Assembly (NCBI GenBank): GCA_946183985.1
Contig: CAMHDT010000001.1
Span: forward strand, 1-62,839
Origin: an uncultured Prevotella sp.
GTDB lineage: Bacteria; Bacteroidota; Bacteroidia; Bacteroidales; Bacteroidaceae
Direction: 5' to 3'
Length of the DNA: 62,839 nt
Notes under the pieces: model-generated
The model's input: the letters and a program-made list of their open reading frames with translations, nothing else
What the model was told of the DNA's origin: nothing
The model's database searches: none
Program-made: the position numbers and the translations under genes
Part shown: positions 10,420-20,052 of the stretch, piece by piece
Position numbering within the stretch: position 1 is the first letter of the stretch
How the letters are laid out: each line of letters starts with the position of its first letter

Positions 10420-11023
10420 AGAAGATACTTTCCGGGCCCATGTTGAACAGCAAATCAAGTATGCTGAGATTCGGCAGGAAGCCGTGTCTTGAGGCAAACA
10501 CTTGATAGTAGGGTCGTGGAATGAAATCGGCATCGACGGCGGGATGCTTCGGATTGATGGTCTCCCGGAAATCGTTTGGTGATGTCTGTGGTTCGATGAA
10601 ATGGGTGGTTTTTGCTATTTGCGGTGCAATGTCGAGCAGTTCGCACATCTTTTGGCAAATAGCAGCGTTGAAGTCAATAAGGCGCAGCCAGTCATTGTTG
10701 GTAAAAAACGGCCGCAGATCATCCTCATAATATTCAAAAAACGGCGAGTCGCCATAAGCCGTCTGAAGAGCCTGCCAGTGCAGACGGCGCCAGTTGCCGT
10801 GGTCAGAAATCATCATTTGAGAGATGTGAGATGAAAAATCTAACTTGGAAACAGGTACCGTCAATGCCTGTAAACCCTGTGTGGTGGCAATGACACAGCG
10901 GTTGCGGTAGGTTTGCTTTCTGAATGTCTCGTGCTGCTCTATCAGCACACTGTCATAGCGGTGCAGTTTCTGATACCACTGAACAGGGCCGAAATACGTT
11001 GTTGAAAGCAATGCTGTGCTCAT
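10412..11023 (-). CDS. WbqC-like family protein
   Basis: STTYFGP, KQTYRNR, AYGDSPFFEYY and NLSILDLLFNMGPE. Start at ATG 11023. Lies in the usual position after lepB genes in Bacteroidales. Confidence 0.88.
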   Translation of the reverse strand: MSTALLSTTYFGPVQWYQKLHRYDSVLIEQHETFRKQTYRNRCVIATTQGLQALTVPVSKLDFSSHISQMMISDHGNWRRLHWQALQTAYGDSPFFEYYEDDLRPFFTNNDWLRLIDFNAAICQKMCELLDIAPQIAKTTHFIEPQTSPNDFRETINPKHPAVDADFIPRPYYQVFASRHGFLPNLSILDLLFNMGPESIFYL

Positions 11024-11033
11024 CGTCTGATGG

Positions 11034-11579
11034 TTATTTTGGCAGCAAGAACCTGTCAGAGCGCCATCCGTTCCATAGGGGATGTTCGGGATGATGGTTG
11101 TAGACAACTGCAACGGCACGCCCGATAATCAATTCTTCGGCAATGAACCCAAGAGAGCGCGAGTCGGCCGCGTTATCAGGATTAACAGATTCCATCCAAT
11201 AGTAGTCGGCGCTGGCACAGTTGGCTATGCTTGGCACGATAACTGTATGGCCATCAACCGTGATGCTGTCGCCAGGCAACCCCACGCAGCGGCATAGCAG
11301 GATGTGGTTGCCTGTAGAGTCTGCCGGAGTTTCAAATGCCACCAGGTCGCCTCTTCTTACAGGCTGGCGACCTATGCGTCCATAATCGAAGATGCCACTG
11401 CTCCCTCCTATACGCAGACCGTAACTCCATCGGTTCACCAGCACACGGTCGCCAGCCTCGAACACAGGTTCAAGACCAGGGCCGTCTATGGTGTATATGG
11501 TCAGGCCAACGGCTCGTACCATCAGCATCACGGCAAAGGCCACCATCAGTGCAAGGAGGAATCGCAGTGTCTTCTTCAT
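11034..11579 (-). CDS. Signal peptidase I-like (S26) protein, catalytic Ser/Lys absent
   Basis: Retains GDRVLVNR, RGDLVAF, RCVGLPGD and DSRSLGFI boxes. Has IDGPGL in place of IPSxSM and C in place of the catalytic K. Confidence 0.8.
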   Translation of the reverse strand: MKKTLRFLLALMVAFAVMLMVRAVGLTIYTIDGPGLEPVFEAGDRVLVNRWSYGLRIGGSSGIFDYGRIGRQPVRRGDLVAFETPADSTGNHILLCRCVGLPGDSITVDGHTVIVPSIANCASADYYWMESVNPDNAADSRSLGFIAEELIIGRAVAVVYNHHPEHPLWNGWRSDRFLLPK

Positions 11580-11634
11580 TCTCGGTTCTATGTGTATCGT
11601 GATGACATCGCAGCAGATGCCCTCGCGGCATTTT

Positions 11635-13191
11635 CTATTTGATATGGTCTACAATGTTAAACAGGCGTCCCCAACGAATGCCACCGCCAAAGAGACTGCG
11701 GTCGGGATCACTTGACCACCAGATGAAAATGGGCTTGCCAACGATGTGATCCTCGGGCACGAATCCCCAGTAGCGCGAGTCAGCCGAGTTGTGACGGTTG
11801 TCGCCCATCATCCAGTAATAGTCTAACTTGAAGGTGTAGGTGTCGGTCTGCTCGCCATTGATAAAGATCTTGCCATCACGCACCTCCAGTTCATTCTTCT
11901 CGTAAGCACGGATGGGACGTTCGTACACAGCAATGTTGTTCATGTCAAGACGGATACTTTCACCCTTCTTCGGAATCCAGACAGGGCCGTAGTTGTCACG
12001 TGTCCAGCCGCTGTTCATGTTCAGCGGATAGGTCTTTCCCGATTCAATATCCTTGTCGGTTACCACACGCAACTGGCTCACAATGTTGCGGCGCTGCAGT
12101 TCCTGAGCAGCGTGGGCAGTGAGTGGCATGTAACCGTCAAACTGTTCCAGCACCTGCGGGTTGATGATGCTGCCACTGCTGGCATCATAACCGTGCAGAC
12201 GATTGAGGCTTTCAATGTCTTCAAACGATATCTCCAACTCCTTGCGCAGGTCGTCCATATTGTCTTTCAGCAAATCAAGGGCCGACAGTCCGTTGAGTTT
12301 CACGAAATAAGTGTACTGCACCTTGTCGGGCTCTTTGTTGGCAACACCGTTGATATACACCACACGGTCGATAATCTGAAGCGTGTCGCCAGGCAGGCCC
12401 ACACAGCGCTTCACGTAGTTTTCGCGACGGTCAGCAGGCCTTGTGCCCACTTCACCAATGGTGTTGACGCCGTTGAAGGTGAAATTGGGGTTCTGCTTCA
12501 GGTATTCTGCACCCAGCATCTGCACTTCACATAGCCGCTGGTATTGATTTACAGGCGACAGTGAGTCGAGAGCCGGAGCATCGGGATGTTGCTGAGAGTA
12601 TATCGACAGTCCTGCTTCGCGGCACAATGAATAGTATTCCGTTTGATAGGGCATATTGACGAAGATGGTGTCGCCGGCCGGATAGTTGAACACCACAATA
12701 TCGTTGCGCTCCACCTTGCCCAAGCCAGGCACGCGACGATAGTCCCAGTGTGGCCACTCTATATACGACTTAATGCCGCCAAAGGGCAGTGTGTGCTGCG
12801 TCAGGGGCACTGTCAGCGGCGTCTCGGGAATGCGAGGCCCGTAACTTACCTTGCTCACAAACAGATAGTCGCCCGTAAGCAATGACTTTTCAAGCGATGA
12901 TGACGGAATGACATAGTTCTGGAAGAAGAACTGATTGATAAAATAAACAGCCACCAAGGCGAACACGATAGCGTCGACCCACGACATGACGGTGCGCATG
13001 GGACCTTCCAGATCCTGCCACCATTTCCAGTTAATTTTCTTGGAGATATAGGCATCGTAGATAAACGGCACGACAATGAGGCCTAACCACGACTTCACCC
13101 AGTACAGAAACAGTAAGTAAAGCACCAAGACGATGATGAACTTGATCCACTGTTTCTTCATATTCAATTTTTTCTTTTCCCTCTTATTCAT
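11635..13191 (-). CDS. lepB: Signal peptidase I
   Basis: IPSSSLE (Ser), YVKRCVGLPGD (Lys), MMGDNRHNSADSRYWGFVP, and N-terminal TM segments. Confidence 0.95.
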   Translation of the reverse strand: MNKREKKKLNMKKQWIKFIIVLVLYLLFLYWVKSWLGLIVVPFIYDAYISKKINWKWWQDLEGPMRTVMSWVDAIVFALVAVYFINQFFFQNYVIPSSSLEKSLLTGDYLFVSKVSYGPRIPETPLTVPLTQHTLPFGGIKSYIEWPHWDYRRVPGLGKVERNDIVVFNYPAGDTIFVNMPYQTEYYSLCREAGLSIYSQQHPDAPALDSLSPVNQYQRLCEVQMLGAEYLKQNPNFTFNGVNTIGEVGTRPADRRENYVKRCVGLPGDTLQIIDRVVYINGVANKEPDKVQYTYFVKLNGLSALDLLKDNMDDLRKELEISFEDIESLNRLHGYDASSGSIINPQVLEQFDGYMPLTAHAAQELQRRNIVSQLRVVTDKDIESGKTYPLNMNSGWTRDNYGPVWIPKKGESIRLDMNNIAVYERPIRAYEKNELEVRDGKIFINGEQTDTYTFKLDYYWMMGDNRHNSADSRYWGFVPEDHIVGKPIFIWWSSDPDRSLFGGGIRWGRLFNIVDHIK

Positions 13192-13236
13192 TTTTTAGGA
13201 CTTATGAGACATATGGGACTTATAGGACTTAGAACC

Positions 13237-13950
13237 CTAGAACTTAAACATATCGCTGATGGTGAGCAGGCCGCTGTGGTCCTTTGTGTATTCGGCGGCC
13301 AGCACGGCGCCCAAGGCAAAACCGCGACGCGAGTGGGCATCATGAGTGATAGTGATGAGGTCGGCATCGGAGTCGTAGCGGATGGTATGAATGCCTGGCA
13401 CCTCACCCCTGCGGATATGGTCCACACGCAACAGTTTCGGGTCTGTGGTATCCTCAGCCCAAGCCTCCTTACGGTCTATGCTGTCGACAATTTCCTCTGC
13501 CAGTGTGATGGCCGTGCCGCTGGGATGATCCAGTTTATGTACATGGTGAGTTTCTTCCATCTCTACATCATACTGCGGGAACTGGTTCATAATCTTGGCC
13601 AGATAGCGATTGACGGCCGAGAAGATGGCTACGCCTATCGAGAAGTTCGATGCCCAGAACAGCGTCTTGCCGTTCTGACAGGCCTGACGAACCTCATCGC
13701 CGTGCTCTTTCATCCATCCAGTGCTGCCACTCACCACCTTTACTCCCTTGGCCCATGCCTTCAGATAATTGCCATAGGCTGCCGTAGGACTGGTAAACTC
13801 AATGGCCACATCGGCCGATGCGAAGGCCTCACTCTCAAAGTCTTGCTGATTGTCAATATCAATGATACTCACAATCTCATGGCCGCGGCCTCGGGCTATT
13901 TCCTCAATCATCTTGCCCATCTTGCCGTAGCCGATAAGTGCTATTTTCAT
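13237..13950 (-). CDS. dapB: 4-hydroxy-tetrahydrodipicolinate reductase
   Basis: GYGKMG, ASNFSIGV, ETHHVHKLDHPSGTA and HDAHSRRGFALGA. Confidence 0.96.
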   Translation of the reverse strand: MKIALIGYGKMGKMIEEIARGRGHEIVSIIDIDNQQDFESEAFASADVAIEFTSPTAAYGNYLKAWAKGVKVVSGSTGWMKEHGDEVRQACQNGKTLFWASNFSIGVAIFSAVNRYLAKIMNQFPQYDVEMEETHHVHKLDHPSGTAITLAEEIVDSIDRKEAWAEDTTDPKLLRVDHIRRGEVPGIHTIRYDSDADLITITHDAHSRRGFALGAVLAAEYTKDHSGLLTISDMFKF

Positions 13951-13990
13951 TTTAATTCGAATTAAAAACGGTGCAAAGGTACAATATTTC

Positions 13991-14033
13991 AGGGAGTTAA
14001 AGGAGTTAAAGGGAGTTAAAGGGAGTTAAAGGA
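13991..14033. repeat. About 10-bp tandem repeat (G)GGAGTTAAA x4 in the dapB/rnr divergent promoter region
   Basis: agggagttaaaggagttaaagggagttaaagggagttaaagga, read directly. Confidence 0.9.
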
Positions 14034-14094
14034 CTGTTGTTTTACAAAAAAAAACGTATCTTTGTGGCATATAACATCATAAAAACCAAAGACT

Positions 14095-16299
14095 ATGGGA
14101 AAGAATAGCGGGGGAAAACGACTGAACAAGCGTCATATGGCAGACGCCTTGCAGGCATTGTTCCAGGCTCATCCGGGTGAGGAACTAAGTTTCAAACAGA
14201 TATTCAAGGCACTGAAACTGACCACCCATCCTGCCAAGATGCTGGCCGTTGACGTGATGGAAGAGATGGCTTGGGACGACTGGCTGTCGAAGACCAGTGC
14301 CAGTTCGTATAAACTGAACCTGAAGACGCAGGTGCAAGAAGGTACGTTTATCCGCAAGGCCAACGGCAAGAACTCGTTCCTTCCCGACGACGGCGGCAAG
14401 CCCGTGTTCGTGGCCGAGCGTAATTCAATGTTTGCCTTGAATGGCGACCGTGTGCGGGTGGCTTTCATGGCCCGGCGGCAGAACCACATCAAGGAGGCCA
14501 TTGTCACGGAAATTCTGGAGCGCAGGCACGACCAAGCCGTTGGTATTCTGCAGGTGGAGAAAGACTTTGCCTTCCTGAACACCGAGGGCAGTATCTTTAT
14601 TCACGACATACTGATACCGAAGAAGAAACTGAAGGGTGGCAAGACGGGCGAGAAGGCCGTGGTGAAAATCACGCAGTGGCCCAGTGCCGAGTCGAAGAAT
14701 ATCATGGGCGAGGTCATCGATGTGCTTGGCAAGCAGGGCGACAACAATGTTGAGATGCATGCCATTCTGGCTCAATACAGTCTGCCCTATAAATATCCTA
14801 AGAAGGTGGAGGATGCTGCCCAGAAGATTGATGCCGGCATCACCGAAGAGGAGATTGCCCGTCGCGAGGATTTCCGCGATGTGTTCACCTGCACCATCGA
14901 CCCGAAAGATGCCAAGGACTTCGACGATGCGCTCTCCATCCGCAAGATTGGCAAGCATTGGGAAGTGGGTGTCCACATCGCCGATGTATCGCACTACGTT
15001 GCCGAAGGCAGCATCATCGACCGTGAAGCCGAACAGCGTGCCACCAGCGTCTATCTGGTCGACCGCACTATCCCCATGCTTCCCGAGCGCTTGTGTAATT
15101 ACATCTGCTCGCTGCGCCCCGACGAAGAAAAACTGTGCTATAGCGTGATTTTCGTCTTAGACGAAGAGGCCAATATCAAAGACTGGCATCTGGCCCACAC
15201 CGTGATCAAGAGCAACCGCCGCTATGCCTATGAGGAGGTGCAGGAAATCCTGGAGGCGGGATATTCCGGAAAAGCCGGAAAGCCCGGAAAAACCGAAACC
15301 CCAAATGACCCCTATGCCGACAACCTGCGTATCCTCGACCGTATGGCCAAGGCCCTGCGCGAGCGCCGCTTCAAGAACGGTGCCGTGAAGTTCGACCGCG
15401 AGGAACTTCATTTCGACATTGACGAGGACGGCAAGCCCACCCGCTGCTATTTCAAGAAGAGCACCGATGCCACCCAACTCATCGAGGAGTTCATGCTACT
15501 GGCCAATCGCACCGTGGCCGAATATATCGGCAAGGCAGGGAAATCCAAAAATTCCGGTGATTCCGGCAAGCCTGCCAAAGGCAAGACCTTCGTCTATCGT
15601 ATCCACGACCAGCCCGACCCGCAGAAACTAGAAAACCTGCGCACCGCACTCGCACCTTTCGGCTATAAGGTGAAGACCAGCGGCACCAAGGGTGCCATCT
15701 CAAAGAACCTCAACAAACTGATGGAGGACGCACAGGGCGAACGTGAGCAGAAACTGGTGGAGACACTCACCCTGCGGGCTATGATGAAGGCCAAATACTC
15801 GACGCATAACATTGGACACTACGGCCTGGCCTTCGACTACTACACCCACTTCACATCGCCCATACGCCGCTATCCCGACACCATGGTGCACCGTCTCCTC
15901 ACCCGCTATCAACAAGGCGGGCGCAGTGCCAATCAGGACCACTACGAGGAACTCTGCGAGCACTGCAGCCAGATGGAGCAGACCGCCCAGAATGCCGAGC
16001 GCGATTCCATCAAATACAAGATGGTGGAGTTCATGGCCGACAAGGTGGGACAGGAGTTCGACGCCCACATCAGCGGCGTGCAGTCGTATGGCATCTTCTG
16101 CGAGATTGACGAGAACCACTGCGAGGGCCTCGTGCCCATGCACGACCTCACCGGCGACTATTACGAGTTCGATGAGCGCAATTATTGCCTCGTTGGCCGT
16201 CGTCATCACGACAAATACCAACTGGGCGATGCCATCCGTATCAAGGTGGCACGCGCCAATGTCGAGAAGCGACAACTCGACTTCACGCTGGCCGACTGA
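14095..16299 (+). CDS. rnr: Ribonuclease R
   Basis: TIDPKDAKDFDDALS, VHIADV, LIEEFMLLAN, YTHFTSPIRRYPD and a C-terminal S1 domain. -7 box TATCTTTG at 14057-14064. Confidence 0.95.
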   Translation: MGKNSGGKRLNKRHMADALQALFQAHPGEELSFKQIFKALKLTTHPAKMLAVDVMEEMAWDDWLSKTSASSYKLNLKTQVQEGTFIRKANGKNSFLPDDGGKPVFVAERNSMFALNGDRVRVAFMARRQNHIKEAIVTEILERRHDQAVGILQVEKDFAFLNTEGSIFIHDILIPKKKLKGGKTGEKAVVKITQWPSAESKNIMGEVIDVLGKQGDNNVEMHAILAQYSLPYKYPKKVEDAAQKIDAGITEEEIARREDFRDVFTCTIDPKDAKDFDDALSIRKIGKHWEVGVHIADVSHYVAEGSIIDREAEQRATSVYLVDRTIPMLPERLCNYICSLRPDEEKLCYSVIFVLDEEANIKDWHLAHTVIKSNRRYAYEEVQEILEAGYSGKAGKPGKTETPNDPYADNLRILDRMAKALRERRFKNGAVKFDREELHFDIDEDGKPTRCYFKKSTDATQLIEEFMLLANRTVAEYIGKAGKSKNSGDSGKPAKGKTFVYRIHDQPDPQKLENLRTALAPFGYKVKTSGTKGAISKNLNKLMEDAQGEREQKLVETLTLRAMMKAKYSTHNIGHYGLAFDYYTHFTSPIRRYPDTMVHRLLTRYQQGGRSANQDHYEELCEHCSQMEQTAQNAERDSIKYKMVEFMADKVGQEFDAHISGVQSYGIFCEIDENHCEGLVPMHDLTGDYYEFDERNYCLVGRRHHDKYQLGDAIRIKVARANVEKRQLDFTLAD

Positions 16300-16326
16300 G
16301 GACTGGGCTATGAATCGTGCAGCAAC

Positions 16327-19300
16327 TCACTCCAGCCTTACCTGCTTGTAGGCCACGCGCTTGCGCTGCCAAGTATAGGTGCAGTGAAGGGTGCCGTCGC
16401 GGCCCTCGATAATGGCGGGATAGGAGTATTCGCCCGCCGCGCTGCCTTCAAGCGTGATGAGATGCTGCCATGTAAGGCCATCGTCGCTGCTCACAGCAAT
16501 GCTGAGCGGCGTGCGAGGGCCTTTTTTCGTGTGCATAAGGGTCTCGAAATTATTGTATATGAGCACCTGACGGCCATCGCGCAGCGTCACTGCATCGGTG
16601 CCGCTCTGGTTGTTTTCCACAGGACTCAGCGTCACGGGCGTCCAAGTCTCGCCGCCATCGCTGCTGAACGACTGTGCCAACCTTGCATTGTGGGTGCGCA
16701 TCAACACCATGAGGCGGCCGTCGCTGAGTTGCAGTATGCTTGGCTGGATGCAGTCGATGGGATGCGGCTCACCGTCGTCTGTTTTCACAGAAATGGTCGA
16801 TTCCACCGGTCCTACATATCTCCACTGACCCGTTTCCAAATCTAATATCTCCACATGGAAGCGCCAGCCGTGGCCTTCGGTCGACGAACCGCAGATCAGA
16901 CGGTTGCCCAAGAGTAGCGGTTTGTTCTTTATCGGGCCCAGAAAACCTTGTGGCAGAGCCTCTGGAGCAGACCAGGTACGCCCTCCGTCGTCTGACTTCG
17001 TGAGCCATCCCGTCCACCCTGCCACGTTCACTCCCACCTTATAGAACAGCCACAGTTGGCCGTCGGGCATCTCGCAGAGCACCGGATTCCAGCAGGCCGT
17101 GCCGTTGCCGTCGGCCGCCAGAATGGGCTTGCTCCAGTGGCTGCTGCCCCTTTGTTTGATGTTCACCCAGATGTTGCAGTCGGGGTTGCGCTCGTAGGTG
17201 CCGCCGAAATGGGCCACGACAAGGTCGCCTCGGCGCGTTTCTACAATGGTGGAGGCGTGGCACGAGGCAAAGGGTGCTTCGGTATAGACAAACTCACTCT
17301 TGATGATGCGCTTGTCGCGCTGCGGCAGGTCGATGGCGAAGTGGTGCGAGCCCGACCCAACGGTCTTCACCGTGCCGTCAGGCAGATGAACCTGTGCCGT
17401 CACATTGCAGGGAATATCTACGTGCCAGTCTCCATGCTGCGGTGTCTTCTGCCATTTGCTGGCCACAGGGCCATAGGGTGAGTCGTAGACGCAGTCCACC
17501 CAGTCGCAGCCCTCAATGTCGAACGAAGGCTTCATCACAATGGTCGGCCTCCCATTGACGGTCTCCACGGGCTGGCATCCTCCCAGCGTTTCGTAGCACC
17601 AGGGCAGCAAGTCGCCCAGCAGCATCACATGGTTGGCACTGTTCATGGCCGCGTCAGCCTTGTCGCCGTTCCACAGTTCCCAGATAGTGGTGGCCCCGTT
17701 GTCGGCCATGTAGCCCCATGAGGGATAGGAGCGCTGCGTGGCCAGCAGCCATGCCACGTCGGCATAGCCACAGTCGGTGAGCGTCTTGAGGAGCCACGAG
17801 ATGCCGATGACGCCGCAAGCCACATGCCCTTTGTTTCTGACCATGATGTTCTGCACCACCTGCTTGGCCACCTCCGTGCGCAGTGAGTCAGGACAGATGC
17901 CGAATGCCAGCGGCAGCAGGTTGGCCGTGGCGGTGTTATTGTCATAGAAGGTGCTGTCTGGAAAGTAGGGATGGCCTGGCCGCGGGCTGCTGCCCATGTT
18001 CACATGCAGGAACTTGCGGTTGAAGGCAGCGGTCAGTTCCTGCCGCTGTTGGTGCCAGAAGGAACTTTCTTGGCTGTCTGGACAGGATGGATTGTCTGGG
18101 TTCTTTAAGCCGTGCCACGCCTCCATGAGTTGCAGACAGCGTATGGTGTAGGCCGTGGCGATGAGCGAACCATCGGTCTGCCGGTCGGGCTCCTGACTGT
18201 GAATCAAATCCAGCCGTTTGGGCGGCATGCACCAGTCTCCGTATTTATCCTTGGTGATAAGGCCTTCCTTCGACTTGTAGGTGCCGATGATATGCCTCAG
18301 CCACCGCTCTATGGCAGGCCGCCACAGGCGCAGTGCCTCGTCGTTGCCATAGTGGCGCTGCAGCATCTGGCAGATGAACGGCAGTGCGGCGGGCCATGTC
18401 ACATCATCAGTGTAATAGTTCCAGAAGGCTGGTGCCACATCGGGTATGCAGCCATCCTCGCGCTGTGCCTCGGCAATGTCGCGCATCCACTTGGTGTAGA
18501 GGCGCTCATTGTCGAAGATAAAGGCCTCGCCCTGTGCCCCCACGGTGCGGTCGCCGAGCCACGGCTGCCGTTCGTTGCGCTGCGGACAGTCAATGGGCAT
18601 TCCTTTATAGTTCGACAGGATGCCCCAGCATGCATTCTCAACAACCTTGTTCAACAGCGTGTCTGAGCACATGAAATGTCCGTTTTTGCCCATTTCATCG
18701 CTCACTGTGAAAGCCTTGACATCGCTGACCGGCCCCGATATCTCAGCATATCGGAAGCCGTGGGTAACAAATGTGGGGTGCCACTCCTGATCGGTTCCGC
18801 TACAGATGTAGATATCTTCCGAACGGGCATCGCGCAGATTGGCCGTATAAAGCGTTCCGTCGGCATTGAGACGCTCGGCATATCGGATGCGAACGGTGTC
18901 GCCCTTCTGACCCTGCGGCCTTATGTTGAGCCAGCCCGCCATGTTCTGATGGAAGTCGTAGACGGTGCGGCCAGACTCCAGGACAGTTGCCGTGGGAGCC
19001 TCGCCAGCATAAGGCAGTGCCACCATCGAAGGCATGACGCGTCCGCGCAGGGTGCCCGTTGGGATGGCGGTGCGCTCGGCTTGCAGCCACGCCGAGTCGT
19101 CGTAGCCCGGCATGGTCCACGGTCCCAGACTGCAGCGTGCATCATATTCCTCGCCGTCGTATTCGTTGTTGGCACGTATGGGGCCGTCGGTGCAGATGCG
19201 CCAGTGCTCGTCGGTCTGCAGGCGCTGCGTGGTACCGTCGTCATACTCCACAATCATGTTCACACGGCATTTGGGAAATCCGAAGGTGGCATTCTTGTAA

Positions 19301-20052
19301 GGCTTGTCCTGACGCATGGCAAAGTAACGGCCATTGCCCAGAACGATGCCAACGGCCATGGTGTCGGCCACCGAGGATGTAATGTCGTAGGTGTCGTAAT
19401 AGATGGTCTTGCGATAGTCCGACGGTGCAGGCGTCATGACATGGCTGCCCTGCCGGATGCCGTTGACATAGAACTCATAGAGTCCCAGGCCGGCTACAAA
19501 GGCCGTGGCACGCCTGATGCCCTTTCTGAGCACAAACTCTTGGCGCACATAGCGGGCTGCGAGGCGCGAGTGCTGCCCCGCCGTTTCGCCTGGCATGAAA
19601 CGTTCCAGACCTATCCAGCGGCCTCCCCAGTGACTTTCGCCCAACAGTCCTGTGCTGAACCGTTGCGGCTCAGACCATGCGGTAGTGCCCCGATTGGTCT
19701 TCACCTGCACCTTCCACCAAGCGTGAGTATTGCTTTTCAATGGCTTTCCGGCATAGGCAATCCACAGTTGGGCGTTGCTGCCAACGAGCCCCGAGTCCCA
19801 CAGGTCGGCCTCGCCGGCCTCCAGTTTTTCTTCATTCGAGGCCACGATGATGCGATAGGCCGTCTGCACCACGCCTGTCTCCGGTTTCTTTCCTGTGGCG
19901 GTGATGCGCCATGAGAAGCGTGGTGTGGGTGTGTCAAGTCCCAAGGGGTTGACCATGTTCTCCGTTTTCAGCCCCGTGAGGCCGATGGCGGCCATGAGAT
20001 GCAGGGGCAGGAATGCCGTGATGATAAGGCAAGATACGAGTCGTTGGTTCAT
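16327..20052 (-). CDS. Bimodular GH78 alpha-L-rhamnosidase + C-terminal BNR/sialidase-like (GH33-type) glycosidase
   Basis: Signal peptide followed by GH78 motifs (DCPQRNERQPWLGD, GATTIWELW, SANHVM). C-terminal CHASTIVE, Asp-boxes SDDGGRTW/SSDGGETW/SSDDGLTW and YSYPAII. Start at ATG 20052 overlaps the upstream stop (ATGA). Confidence 0.88.
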   Translation of the reverse strand: MNQRLVSCLIITAFLPLHLMAAIGLTGLKTENMVNPLGLDTPTPRFSWRITATGKKPETGVVQTAYRIIVASNEEKLEAGEADLWDSGLVGSNAQLWIAYAGKPLKSNTHAWWKVQVKTNRGTTAWSEPQRFSTGLLGESHWGGRWIGLERFMPGETAGQHSRLAARYVRQEFVLRKGIRRATAFVAGLGLYEFYVNGIRQGSHVMTPAPSDYRKTIYYDTYDITSSVADTMAVGIVLGNGRYFAMRQDKPYKNATFGFPKCRVNMIVEYDDGTTQRLQTDEHWRICTDGPIRANNEYDGEEYDARCSLGPWTMPGYDDSAWLQAERTAIPTGTLRGRVMPSMVALPYAGEAPTATVLESGRTVYDFHQNMAGWLNIRPQGQKGDTVRIRYAERLNADGTLYTANLRDARSEDIYICSGTDQEWHPTFVTHGFRYAEISGPVSDVKAFTVSDEMGKNGHFMCSDTLLNKVVENACWGILSNYKGMPIDCPQRNERQPWLGDRTVGAQGEAFIFDNERLYTKWMRDIAEAQREDGCIPDVAPAFWNYYTDDVTWPAALPFICQMLQRHYGNDEALRLWRPAIERWLRHIIGTYKSKEGLITKDKYGDWCMPPKRLDLIHSQEPDRQTDGSLIATAYTIRCLQLMEAWHGLKNPDNPSCPDSQESSFWHQQRQELTAAFNRKFLHVNMGSSPRPGHPYFPDSTFYDNNTATANLLPLAFGICPDSLRTEVAKQVVQNIMVRNKGHVACGVIGISWLLKTLTDCGYADVAWLLATQRSYPSWGYMADNGATTIWELWNGDKADAAMNSANHVMLLGDLLPWCYETLGGCQPVETVNGRPTIVMKPSFDIEGCDWVDCVYDSPYGPVASKWQKTPQHGDWHVDIPCNVTAQVHLPDGTVKTVGSGSHHFAIDLPQRDKRIIKSEFVYTEAPFASCHASTIVETRRGDLVVAHFGGTYERNPDCNIWVNIKQRGSSHWSKPILAADGNGTACWNPVLCEMPDGQLWLFYKVGVNVAGWTGWLTKSDDGGRTWSAPEALPQGFLGPIKNKPLLLGNRLICGSSTEGHGWRFHVEILDLETGQWRYVGPVESTISVKTDDGEPHPIDCIQPSILQLSDGRLMVLMRTHNARLAQSFSSDGGETWTPVTLSPVENNQSGTDAVTLRDGRQVLIYNNFETLMHTKKGPRTPLSIAVSSDDGLTWQHLITLEGSAAGEYSYPAIIEGRDGTLHCTYTWQRKRVAYKQVRLE

